Of a stretch of DNA of 64,000 nt, positions 41,589-50,657 are shown piece by piece. Origin of the DNA: an uncultured Bacteroidota bacterium (GTDB taxonomy: Bacteria; Bacteroidota; Bacteroidia; Chitinophagales; Chitinophagaceae); assembly GCA_903824725.1 (NCBI GenBank), contig CAIJXU010000089.1, forward strand, positions 1,041 to 65,040, read 5' to 3'. Below the pieces are notes generated by a model. The model was not told the origin of the DNA. It saw nothing but the letters and a program-made list of their open reading frames with translations, and searched no databases. The translations under genes and the position numbers were made by a program. How positions within the stretch are numbered: position 1 is the first letter of the stretch; every line of letters starts with the position of its first letter.

Positions 41589-42065
41589 TTAGTTTGCAAT
41601 AGCAATACAATCCATCTCAACCAATGAATTACCAGGTACACCACCATAAGTAGCTACTGTTGTTCTAACTGGAGGATTTGGGCCAAAACGACCTTTAAAT
41701 ACTTCGTTCATTTGTTTATAGTCGCCTAAGTCTGCTAAGTATACATTTACTTTCAACACTTTTTCCATAGAAGATCCAGCTTTAATTAATTCCTTTTCTA
41801 ATTCTTTTAAAACATGATCTGTATGCGCTTTAATATCTCCTTCAAAGTGAGCACCTTTTCCTGCTACAAAAACCATTCCTGCAAATTTGGTAGCGCCTGA
41901 AAAAAGCGGAATGTCTTGTTCAGTAGTTACGTTAAATACTTCTTTTCCTGATGCGTCAACTGAGGATTGAGTAGTGGATGCATTGGCGGCAATACTAGCA
42001 GTGGAAAGGCCAAGGAAGCCGGCAAACATTTTTTTAAAGATGGAGCGACGATTTTGAGTTTTCAT
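41589..42065 (-). CDS. RidA-family enamine/imine deaminase with Tat signal
   Basis: NRRSIFK...ANA signal, VLKVNVYL, MNEVF, PPVRTTV (catalytic Arg), VEMDCIA. Confidence 0.87.
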   Translation of the reverse strand: MKTQNRRSIFKKMFAGFLGLSTASIAANASTTQSSVDASGKEVFNVTTEQDIPLFSGATKFAGMVFVAGKGAHFEGDIKAHTDHVLKELEKELIKAGSSMEKVLKVNVYLADLGDYKQMNEVFKGRFGPNPPVRTTVATYGGVPGNSLVEMDCIAIAN

Positions 42066-42078
42066 TTTTTTATTTTTT

Positions 42079-43641
42079 TTATTTAAGTTCTACAATCATT
42101 TCAATTTCTACTGAGATATTATTAGGTAAAGCAGCTACGCCTACGGCCGATCTTGCATGCTTTCCTCTTTCTCCAAAAACTTCTACCATTAAATTTGAAA
42201 ATCCATTAATCACTTGTGGCTGTTGTACAAATGTAGGTTCCGAGTTCACTAAGCCCAATACTTTTACAATTCGTTTTACTTTATTTAAATCACCTAAATA
42301 GGCTTTCATTGTTGAAATCATAGAAATTCCAGTCAGTCTTGCTGCTGCCTGACCTTCCTCAATGGTCACATCCTTTCCTAAATGGCCATACATTTGTCCA
42401 CCTCCTGGTTTATCTGGACCATGACCTGATAAGTAAAGTAGTTTTCCTACTTGTACTTGCTTTACGTAGTTGGCGATAGGAGGGACCACTGGAATTAAAG
42501 TAATATTTGATTTTTTTAATCTTTCTTCAGGATTCACTTCCATGGGCTCATTAGAGAATACCAAACAAACCGGTGTTTTGATATTCATGTTTTGATAAGT
42601 CTCTGTTAATTTTCCTGTCGCATCATCAAAGGAAAAAATTTGTACTTTATCATCAGTTTGGCTTGCTACAAAAACAAAATTTCCTAAAGGGGTAAAACTA
42701 AAGTTGCGAGGTTTTTTTGCTACAGGTTGGTGATACGATTTAGTAAGTAAACCATCGGCGCCAATTTTAAAAATGGTTAATTCGTCGCTAGTCACCCTGT
42801 TGGTGGAAATAAGCCATTTGCCACTTGGAGAAATATGAATATCGCCACTTCCTTTGGGATCTTTAGTGCTGCTGGTGTCGGCAATAATGGTTTGAACTTT
42901 ATTGAATTTATTATCCTCAATTGAAAAAACATCTACAGTGCCCGACATTTCGCTAATTAAATAACCATGTTTCCCTGTGGCATCAAATACGAAATGTCTT
43001 GGTCCATTACCTGCAGTGATGGAAATGGCAGTATATTTTTCATCCACTAAGCCATCTGCATAAATTTTGTGTTGGTAAATTTTATCGCTGCCTAAATCAG
43101 TCACTAACAAATAAGAATGATCGTTACTTAGTACCACATTATGCGCATGTGAAGCTTCTTGCCTCGATTTAAGAATACTTGACCCATTGTATTTAATTTC
43201 CTGAGCAATAGGAAGCAAGGCGCCATCCATTGTTTTAAAAACACTTAAACTGCCTGAGTTATAATTAGCCGTATAAACAGTCTTACTTTCGGGACGATAA
43301 GTAATAAAGCAAGGGCCTGATCCTTTTATAAATGAGTTATTAATTTTTTCAAATTCATTATTGCTGTTTAATTGATAAGAAGTGACAGAAGAAGGTTCTT
43401 TGGAAGCTTCTGTTACGGCATACATTAATTTGCCTTCGTTGGCTAAAGTTAAGTAGGAGGCATTTTGATTTTCCTTTGTATATAACAATGTTGGTTTACC
43501 AGTAACTGCATTTACTGAGTAAACTTCAATTCCTGGATTTCCTTTTTGCGTATAAGAGCCTACAATCAATTGATATTGATTGGTGTCGGCAGGAAAAAAG
43601 GAAGCCAAATGGCTAAACAATAAGGTGGCAATAAAATTCAT
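42079..43641 (-). CDS. 6-phosphogluconolactonase-like beta-propeller fused to a C-terminal Rid (YjgF/UK114) domain
   Basis: VGSYT, ANYNSGS, SHAH, DLGSD, GPRH, PRNF lactonase motifs, then PIANYV, LSGHGP, HARSAVG, VEIEMI in the same frame. Confidence 0.87.
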   Translation of the reverse strand: MNFIATLLFSHLASFFPADTNQYQLIVGSYTQKGNPGIEVYSVNAVTGKPTLLYTKENQNASYLTLANEGKLMYAVTEASKEPSSVTSYQLNSNNEFEKINNSFIKGSGPCFITYRPESKTVYTANYNSGSLSVFKTMDGALLPIAQEIKYNGSSILKSRQEASHAHNVVLSNDHSYLLVTDLGSDKIYQHKIYADGLVDEKYTAISITAGNGPRHFVFDATGKHGYLISEMSGTVDVFSIEDNKFNKVQTIIADTSSTKDPKGSGDIHISPSGKWLISTNRVTSDELTIFKIGADGLLTKSYHQPVAKKPRNFSFTPLGNFVFVASQTDDKVQIFSFDDATGKLTETYQNMNIKTPVCLVFSNEPMEVNPEERLKKSNITLIPVVPPIANYVKQVQVGKLLYLSGHGPDKPGGGQMYGHLGKDVTIEEGQAAARLTGISMISTMKAYLGDLNKVKRIVKVLGLVNSEPTFVQQPQVINGFSNLMVEVFGERGKHARSAVGVAALPNNISVEIEMIVELK

Positions 43642-43854
43642 GATAGTGCGATTATATTTGAAACAAAAATTAATGAATAAAACGCATATTTTGTAATTGC
43701 TTAGCTATATTTTATGCACTTTTTTTAAATAATTTAAAATGGAATGCCCTAAAGTTTCACTATTTTAGTGTAATAGGGTAAAAGACATGTAAAATTGTTT
43801 GCTAAACTGAATTTACAAATAAGGTTTGTTTATCATTTTTAAAAAAATAATTAT

Positions 43855-45111
43855 ATGAAAAAACTGTATTATTTATTACTTGTTTCATTGGTAAGCTGCT
43901 TGCAACTACAAGCACAAAATCCTGTATTTATTTACGATATACTCGTTAAAGGCGGCCGTGTCATTGATGCTAAAAACGGCATTGATGGCGTTATCGATAT
44001 CGCTATTAAGGAAGGTAAAATTTTTAAAGTAGATAAAAATTTAAATGCCAAAGATGCAAAACAACTGGTGGATGCAACTGGCCTTATCGTGACGCCAGGC
44101 TTGATAGATTTACATGCACATGTGTTTGCGGGTACGCAAGGGGATCATTATTTAAGTGATGGATTAAGTGCTTTAATGCCGGATGGTTATACATTCAGAG
44201 TTGGATTAACCACTGTTGTGGATTGTGGAGGTGCAGGTTGGAAAAGTTTTGCTACTTTCAAAAAAAATGTCATTGACGTTTCTCAAACAAGGGTACTTTC
44301 TTTTTTAAATATTGTGGGTGAAGGAATGCGCGGAGGAAACTATGAACAAGATTTAGCAGAGATGAATCCTAAGTTTGCTGCTAGTGCTGCAAAGCAATAT
44401 AAGGATTACATTGTTGGATTTAAATTAGCGCATTTTAATGGTGAAGATTGGACGCCCACAGATAGAGTAGTAGAAGCTGGAAATTTAGCAGGGCTGCCTG
44501 TGATTATTGATTTTGGTGGATCTAAGCCCAATTTGCCTATACAAGATTTATTTTTCAAGCATCTAAGACCAGGTGATATTTACACGCATGCTTATGCAGC
44601 ATTGGGGGGCGCTAGAGAGGAAATTGTAGATGCACAAACAAATACTTTAAAGCCTTTTGTTTTAGAAGCACAAAAAAGAGGAATTATTTTTGATGTTGGT
44701 TATGGAGGAGCAAGTTTTAATTATTCTCAAGCGATCCCTGCATTAAAAGCGGGTCTATATCCTAATACCATTAGTACCGATTTGCATACGGGAAGTATGA
44801 ATACTTCAATGAAAGATGAATTAAGTGTCATGTCTAAATTTGTGAATATGGGCATGTCATTAGCCGAAGTAATTAAAGCAAGCACATGGACGCCAGCACA
44901 AGTAATTAATAGACCACTTCTTGGTAATTTATCGGTTGGATCTGAAGCTGATATTGCAGTACTCAATATCAGGAAAGGAAATTTTGGTTTTTATGATAAA
45001 ACCGGATTCAAATTAAAAGGCACTGAAAAATTTGAATGTGAAGTAACCATCAAGGGCGGCAAAATCGTTTATGATTTAAACGGACTTGCCAACCCCATCT
45101 ATGTAAAATAA
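43855..45111 (+). CDS. Secreted amidohydrolase/deacetylase #1 (COG3964, dihydroorotase-like)
   Basis: Signal peptide (..LQAQ), PGLIDLHAH, VDCGGAG, GFKLAH, PGDIYTH, ISTDLH. Confidence 0.88.
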   Translation: MKKLYYLLLVSLVSCLQLQAQNPVFIYDILVKGGRVIDAKNGIDGVIDIAIKEGKIFKVDKNLNAKDAKQLVDATGLIVTPGLIDLHAHVFAGTQGDHYLSDGLSALMPDGYTFRVGLTTVVDCGGAGWKSFATFKKNVIDVSQTRVLSFLNIVGEGMRGGNYEQDLAEMNPKFAASAAKQYKDYIVGFKLAHFNGEDWTPTDRVVEAGNLAGLPVIIDFGGSKPNLPIQDLFFKHLRPGDIYTHAYAALGGAREEIVDAQTNTLKPFVLEAQKRGIIFDVGYGGASFNYSQAIPALKAGLYPNTISTDLHTGSMNTSMKDELSVMSKFVNMGMSLAEVIKASTWTPAQVINRPLLGNLSVGSEADIAVLNIRKGNFGFYDKTGFKLKGTEKFECEVTIKGGKIVYDLNGLANPIYVK

Positions 45112-45113
45112 AT

Positions 45114-46871
45114 TTATTCTTTTCTCAATCCCAGAAGTTGCATTTGTTTCATCTTGATTAATCTTAGTCTTTGACGAACAATTGTAACTTCTGTTTTACT
45201 TACAGAATCTGCCTTGTTTCCAAAATTGTGTCTTATATAACTTAGAATATTAGCAATTTCTATATCTGGTAATTGTGAAAATTTTGGCATCATGCCGGCA
45301 AAAGGTTGACCGTTAATTTTAATAGGACCTTCTAAGCCTCTAAGTAATACAGAAATCAATGTATCCTTGTTGCCGTTCACCCAATCTGATCCTGCAATAG
45401 AAGGGAATCTTGTTCCATCTCCCTGTCCGTCTTTTTGGTGACAGGCACGACAGTTGGTTTGATATAGTTTTTCACCACCAATGCTTACTTTACCTCTTTC
45501 TAAATTATCTAAAATGGGATCTGGATTTTTAACATACGTTCTGTTTTCTCTTTCTACCATCTTTGCTAAATTCTTTTGGGTAAATTCTTCTTTTTTACCA
45601 GTGAATTTTACGCGCCATATTTTTCCTTTTTCTGATTCTGAAATGTATAAGGATCCATCAGGGCCCTGAGCCAATCCCATAGGGCGGTATTTAGAATCTT
45701 TTGTATTTACTAAAGTGTCTCTTCCTGTAAATCCATCAGCGAATACTTCCCATTTTTGTGGTTTACCATTTACAAATGGAACAAAGGCTACAATATATCC
45801 AGCTTGCGGATAAGGGGCACGAATAGTAGATCCATGAAATGCAATAAATGCTCCATTTTTATAACGCGCTGGGAATTGATCTCCTGTATAAAATAATAAA
45901 TCATTAGGTGCGAAATGGCCAGGGAATCCTACAATGGGTGTTTCGATGGCAGTATCTGTATTTTCAATGATTCCATTTCCACCATATTCAGCATTGCGCA
46001 TTACTTTTCCTTTTAGTTGGTCAAAGTAATAATAAGGCCAACCTGCATTTGCGCCTGGTTTTAATTTGTAAAATGCTTCAGAAGGTAATAAAGCACTTTG
46101 CCATTCATTATAAAATTGAGGCCAAGTATTGACTAATCCATCTCTGCCATGTCCTACGCAATACAATGAATTATCCTGTGTGTTCCAAGTCATTGCTACC
46201 AAACTTCTTAAACCAGTAGCCACTTTTATACCATCTGTTGTTCTAAATTGATTTAATTTATTTTCATCAAACATCCATACGCCACCATTGGAATCCAAGA
46301 TTGGACAAGGGTTCATACCAGGAGAGCCTGGTAATCTATTTTCAACTTGACATGCATCAGATGGAGCGCCAAAGGGGACAAATATATGTCCCTTACCATC
46401 AAATGCTAAAGGCTTTCCATCATGTTCTCTTCGTTGACCACTATCTATAACAATAAATTCTGGGGGTCCTTGTGGTACCATAAATTTGCTGTCAAGTTTA
46501 TAGCGATATACTAACATTTCGGAACTAGTATATAAATACCCATTATGTATACGCATACTAGTAGCATAGGATCCTTCTCTTTTTATTGGGCCAAAATTTT
46601 TAATAATATCTGCACGGCCATCTTTATTTTCATCTCTTAAAACATAATTCATTCCGTCCTCTATAAATCGATTTGCCTTTACATATATATCACCATTATC
46701 ATTCACTGCTAAATGTCTTGCCTTGCCTGGAAGACTATCAACCACGACCACTGCTTCAAAACCATCAGGCATAATCAAGCCTCCGTTTTTTTCACTCATA
46801 AAGTTCACACAACTCGTTAAAAATAAACTCATTGTGGCAATCAATACAAGGGGAGATTTTTTTATTCGCAT
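45114..46871 (-). CDS. PQQ-type glucose/sorbosone dehydrogenase beta-propeller fused to cytochrome c; lipoprotein
   Basis: Lipobox LTSC, ATGLRS, GWPYYY, GHFAP, AFHGS, RPMGLAQGPDGSLYIS. C-terminal CRACH heme motif and MPKF axial Met. Confidence 0.87.
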   Translation of the reverse strand: MRIKKSPLVLIATMSLFLTSCVNFMSEKNGGLIMPDGFEAVVVVDSLPGKARHLAVNDNGDIYVKANRFIEDGMNYVLRDENKDGRADIIKNFGPIKREGSYATSMRIHNGYLYTSSEMLVYRYKLDSKFMVPQGPPEFIVIDSGQRREHDGKPLAFDGKGHIFVPFGAPSDACQVENRLPGSPGMNPCPILDSNGGVWMFDENKLNQFRTTDGIKVATGLRSLVAMTWNTQDNSLYCVGHGRDGLVNTWPQFYNEWQSALLPSEAFYKLKPGANAGWPYYYFDQLKGKVMRNAEYGGNGIIENTDTAIETPIVGFPGHFAPNDLLFYTGDQFPARYKNGAFIAFHGSTIRAPYPQAGYIVAFVPFVNGKPQKWEVFADGFTGRDTLVNTKDSKYRPMGLAQGPDGSLYISESEKGKIWRVKFTGKKEEFTQKNLAKMVERENRTYVKNPDPILDNLERGKVSIGGEKLYQTNCRACHQKDGQGDGTRFPSIAGSDWVNGNKDTLISVLLRGLEGPIKINGQPFAGMMPKFSQLPDIEIANILSYIRHNFGNKADSVSKTEVTIVRQRLRLIKMKQMQLLGLRKE

Positions 46872-47041
46872 AAATATTTTTTATTATTCTCTTTTATAAC
46901 ATAGTAAATCTAAGAAATTATTTTCATTCAAATCTTGTATATTTTATACATTTTGGATGAATTTAGGTGCATAATTTTTAGATCATGGTGTTCTAAATTT
47001 GACGTATATTCATATAAGGAATAAAACAATATTTGTTGGTG

Positions 47042-47076
47042 AAAAAAGGGTTTAGTATTCACTAAATCCTTTTTTG
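47042..47076 (+). promoter_or_regulatory. Terminator-like hairpin inside the 5' leader of the SelA-like #2 operon
   Basis: AAAAAAGGGTTTAGT-ATTC-ACTAAATCCTTTTTT, located between the -7 promoter TAAATTTG (46994-47001) and the ATG at 47108. Confidence 0.55.
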
Positions 47077-47107
47077 CATTTTATTAAAAATATAAAATTT
47101 AAAAAAT

Positions 47108-48316
47108 ATGAAAAGAAGAGACTTACTAAAATTAGCAACGGTACTTCCTATTGGAACTGGCGTTGTATCGGGACTCATTCCTGTTTCTGCTTTTGCAAAA
47201 GCAACTGTAGCAAAACGAGATATCTTAAAAGAATTAGGCATTCGCACTTTCGTGAATGCAGCTGGAACTTATACAGCCATGACGGCATCCTTAATGCATG
47301 ATGAAGTAATTGAAACAATTAAGGAGGGTGCTAAGCAATTTGCAATGTTAGATGAAGTGCAAGATAGGGTGGGTGAAAAAATTGCTGAATTATGTCATGC
47401 CGAAGCAGCCACTGTAACTGCAGGATGTTGGAGCGCTTTAGTTTTAGGAATGGCGGGTGTACTAACAGGCATGGATATGAAAAAAGTGGCACAGTTACCC
47501 GATGTAACTGGAATGAAAGCAGAAGTGATTGTACAAAAAGGACATAATATTGGATATGTACATGCTTTAACGAATACGGGTGCAACCATAGTTGAAATTG
47601 AAACAGTGCAAGAGTTGGAAAAAGCCATTAGTGAAAAAACGGCGATGATGTGGTTTTTAAATTCGTATGCGCCTTCTGGAAAAATTCAACATGAAGAATG
47701 GGTAGCGATTGCTAAAAAACATAAAATACCTACCATGATTGATATGGCTGCAGATGTACCACCGGTTTCTAATTTATGGAAATACAATGATCTTGGTTTT
47801 GATTTAGTATGTGTATCTGGAGGTAAGGCCATCAGAGGTCCACAAAGTGCTGGTATATTAATGGGTCGCAAGGATTTAATAGCAGCTGCGCGATTAAGTG
47901 CACCTCCTCGTGGTGGAAATATTGGACGAGGCATGAAAGTAAATAAAGAAGAGGTATTGGGTATGTATGTGGCGCTCGAAAAATATATTAATCAAGACCA
48001 TGACGCAGAATGGAAAATGTGGGAAGGTAAAATTGATTCTATTGCAAAGTCGGCATCTTCAATAACCGGCGTTACTACCGAAGTATCGGTTCCTCCAGTT
48101 GCCAATCATACCCCTTTACTTTTTATTAAGTGGGATGAAACTAAAATTAAAACCACTAATAAAGATTTGATGTTAAAATTACGAAATGGCAGTCCTTCCA
48201 TCGAAGTGATGGCCAATGGAACAGGCATCAATATCACCGTCTTTATGTTAAAGGAGGGCGAGGAAAAAATAGTAGCAAAAAGAGTAAGAGAAGAATTATT
48301 ATCAGCAATGTCTTAA
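47108..48316 (+). CDS. SelA/DgaE-like PLP-dependent enzyme #2 with Tat signal
   Basis: MKRRDLLK signal, LGIRTFVNAAGTYT, DMAAD, SGGKAIRGPQSAG, GRGMKVNKEE. Close paralogue of 40342-41559. Confidence 0.9.
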   Translation: MKRRDLLKLATVLPIGTGVVSGLIPVSAFAKATVAKRDILKELGIRTFVNAAGTYTAMTASLMHDEVIETIKEGAKQFAMLDEVQDRVGEKIAELCHAEAATVTAGCWSALVLGMAGVLTGMDMKKVAQLPDVTGMKAEVIVQKGHNIGYVHALTNTGATIVEIETVQELEKAISEKTAMMWFLNSYAPSGKIQHEEWVAIAKKHKIPTMIDMAADVPPVSNLWKYNDLGFDLVCVSGGKAIRGPQSAGILMGRKDLIAAARLSAPPRGGNIGRGMKVNKEEVLGMYVALEKYINQDHDAEWKMWEGKIDSIAKSASSITGVTTEVSVPPVANHTPLLFIKWDETKIKTTNKDLMLKLRNGSPSIEVMANGTGINITVFMLKEGEEKIVAKRVREELLSAMS

Positions 48317-48336
48317 TTTATTAAAAAATAATACAG

Positions 48337-49590
48337 ATGAAAAAAATTATTATCGCGCTGGCTTGTTTAGTCATGATTGTGTTAAATACAAATGCACAAG
48401 CTTATCAAATTGTGATCAAAGGTGGTTTAGTGATTGATCCAAAAAACGGAATCAATGAAGTAATGGATATTGCTATTCAAGATGGTAAAATTGCAAGTGT
48501 TGCAAAAAATATTGATGCAGCGAATGCAAGACAAGTCATTAATGCAAAAGGATTAATAGTTGCGCCAGGATTGATAGACATACATGGTCATGTATTTGCT
48601 GGAACGCAACTTGATCGAGGGTTAAGTGATGGCAATAGTGCATTAATGCCAGATGGTTATACTTTTAGAGTAGGGGTGACTACCATTGTAGATTGTGGAG
48701 GAGCAGGTTGGAAGAACTTTGCTGTGTTCAAAAAAAATGTAATTGATGTTTCTCAAACAAGGGTATTGTCTTTTTTGAATATTGTAGGAGAGGGAATGCG
48801 CGGCGGTCCTTATGAGCAAGATTCAAGAGATATGGATCCTAAAATGGCTGCCTTAGTTGCAAAACAAAATAAAAAAGATATTGTTGGATTTAAGGTAGCA
48901 CATTATGAAAATGCAGAGTGGGTTCCAGTAGATAATGCAGTGACTGCTGGCAAATTAGCAGACATTCCTGTGATCGTTGATTTTGGCGGCGACGATACGC
49001 ATGCGCCATTGTCAATTCAAGATTTATTTTTTAAACATTTAAGACCCGGCGATATTTACACGCATACTTTTACTGAATTACAAAGAAGGGATCCCATAGT
49101 CGATTTTAGTTCTCGACAATTAAAACCTTTTATCAAGGACGCGCAAGCAAGAGGCATTGTTTTTGATGTTGGATTTGGTGGTGCAAGTTTTGCATTTGAT
49201 CAAGCCTTACCAGCTATTAAAGCAGGTTTTTATCCTAATACAATTAGTACGGACTTACATACAGGCAGCATGAATAATGCAATGAAGGATATGTTAAATG
49301 TGATGTCAATATTTATGACAATGGGAATGGATGTTCCTTCTATCATTAAAGCAAGTACTTGGTCACCTGCTAAAGCGATTAAGCATGAGGAGTTGGGTAG
49401 TTTGTCGGTAGGATCTGCAGCGGATGTAGCGATACTAGGCATCAGAGAAGGTAATTTTGGGTTCTTTGATCGTATCGGATATAAAGTAACTGGCAAGAAA
49501 AAATTTGAATGCGAAGCCACCATCAGAAATGGTAAAATGGTATACGATTTAAATGGTATCACGACTCCAATTTTATTGCTTTCTAAATAA
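48337..49590 (+). CDS. Secreted amidohydrolase/deacetylase #2 (COG3964)
   Basis: Signal peptide (..TNAQ), PGLIDIHGH, GFKVAH, PGDIYTH, ISTDLH. Paralogue of 43855-45111. Confidence 0.88.
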   Translation: MKKIIIALACLVMIVLNTNAQAYQIVIKGGLVIDPKNGINEVMDIAIQDGKIASVAKNIDAANARQVINAKGLIVAPGLIDIHGHVFAGTQLDRGLSDGNSALMPDGYTFRVGVTTIVDCGGAGWKNFAVFKKNVIDVSQTRVLSFLNIVGEGMRGGPYEQDSRDMDPKMAALVAKQNKKDIVGFKVAHYENAEWVPVDNAVTAGKLADIPVIVDFGGDDTHAPLSIQDLFFKHLRPGDIYTHTFTELQRRDPIVDFSSRQLKPFIKDAQARGIVFDVGFGGASFAFDQALPAIKAGFYPNTISTDLHTGSMNNAMKDMLNVMSIFMTMGMDVPSIIKASTWSPAKAIKHEELGSLSVGSAADVAILGIREGNFGFFDRIGYKVTGKKKFECEATIRNGKMVYDLNGITTPILLLSK

Positions 49591-49643
49591 AATGGGTGAG
49601 GGGGCGTGAAAATGTGTAAAATTAAAAGTAGATTGCTATTGAT

Positions 49644-50657
49644 ATGCAAGCAGAATATATTTTATGTTGTGACTGGGGAACAACCAGCTTTCGATTAAGA
49701 TTAGCTACTATAAATGGGGAAGTACTTTCTGAAATAAATTCTGAAAAGGGCATCTTGTTTTTTTATAACGAATGGCTAACAAAAAAGGACAAGGATACGG
49801 AACATCGTTTTCGTTTTTTCTTACAGTATATTCAATCGCAGACAGGATTATTACAGCCCCCCTTAAAATTGGAGCTTACTACTTTGCCGATTGTCATTTC
49901 GGGAATGGCTATTTCATCTATTGGAATGATGAATATGCCTTATGAATATTTGCCTTTTTCTGTTAATGGCACTTCAGGCTTTGCATGTCAATTTCAAGAA
50001 AATGGAGCGCCCATTATATTAATTACAGGAGTGAGTGGAGAAAATGATTTAATGCGTGGAGAGGAAACGCAAATGGTTGGATTGTTTCATACACCTGAAT
50101 TAAAAAGTAGTTTACCCCAAAATGGTATTTTTGTTTTACCTGGCACCCATTCAAAACATGTAACGATTGCAGATGCTAATATAATATCCATTAAAACTTT
50201 TATGACAGGTGAATTATTTAGCCTATTAATGGAAAATGGAACTTTATCAAAATCGATACAATTTATTCATTCCGATAAAAATGCAGACCCTGTAAATACA
50301 GCGGCATTTAAAAAAGGGATCCATGCGTCAAAAACGGATTCCTTATTACATTCCTTATTTCAAATAAGAGTTAATGATATACTTGCTAAATCAAGTAAAG
50401 AAGAAAATTTTTATTATTTAAGTGGTTTATTAATTGGCAGCGAGTTTAATTATTTAATAGACAATCCGGAATTGTCCAAGCTTAATAAATTAGTCATTTG
50501 TTGTACTCCTTATTTTATACCTTATTATAAAACGGTACTACAGGAATTGGGATTATACGAGGGGGCTATTTTTATAGATCCTTCTTTATTTGATAAAGCG
50601 ACCGTAGTAGGACAATTAACAGTTTATAAAAAATATATTCAATCCAAACATTCATGA
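49644..50657 (+). CDS. dgoK: 2-dehydro-3-deoxygalactonokinase
   Basis: DWGTTSFR, DLMRGEETQ, LPGTHSKH, TFMTGELF, YLSGLLIGSE. No signal peptide. Confidence 0.88.
   Translation: MQAEYILCCDWGTTSFRLRLATINGEVLSEINSEKGILFFYNEWLTKKDKDTEHRFRFFLQYIQSQTGLLQPPLKLELTTLPIVISGMAISSIGMMNMPYEYLPFSVNGTSGFACQFQENGAPIILITGVSGENDLMRGEETQMVGLFHTPELKSSLPQNGIFVLPGTHSKHVTIADANIISIKTFMTGELFSLLMENGTLSKSIQFIHSDKNADPVNTAAFKKGIHASKTDSLLHSLFQIRVNDILAKSSKEENFYYLSGLLIGSEFNYLIDNPELSKLNKLVICCTPYFIPYYKTVLQELGLYEGAIFIDPSLFDKATVVGQLTVYKKYIQSKHS

Noticed and set aside
43855-49590. Amidohydrolases as dihydroorotase (pyrC)
   Set aside because: Signal peptides, duplication and context do not fit pyrimidine synthesis; motifs match the commonly misannotated COG3964 group.
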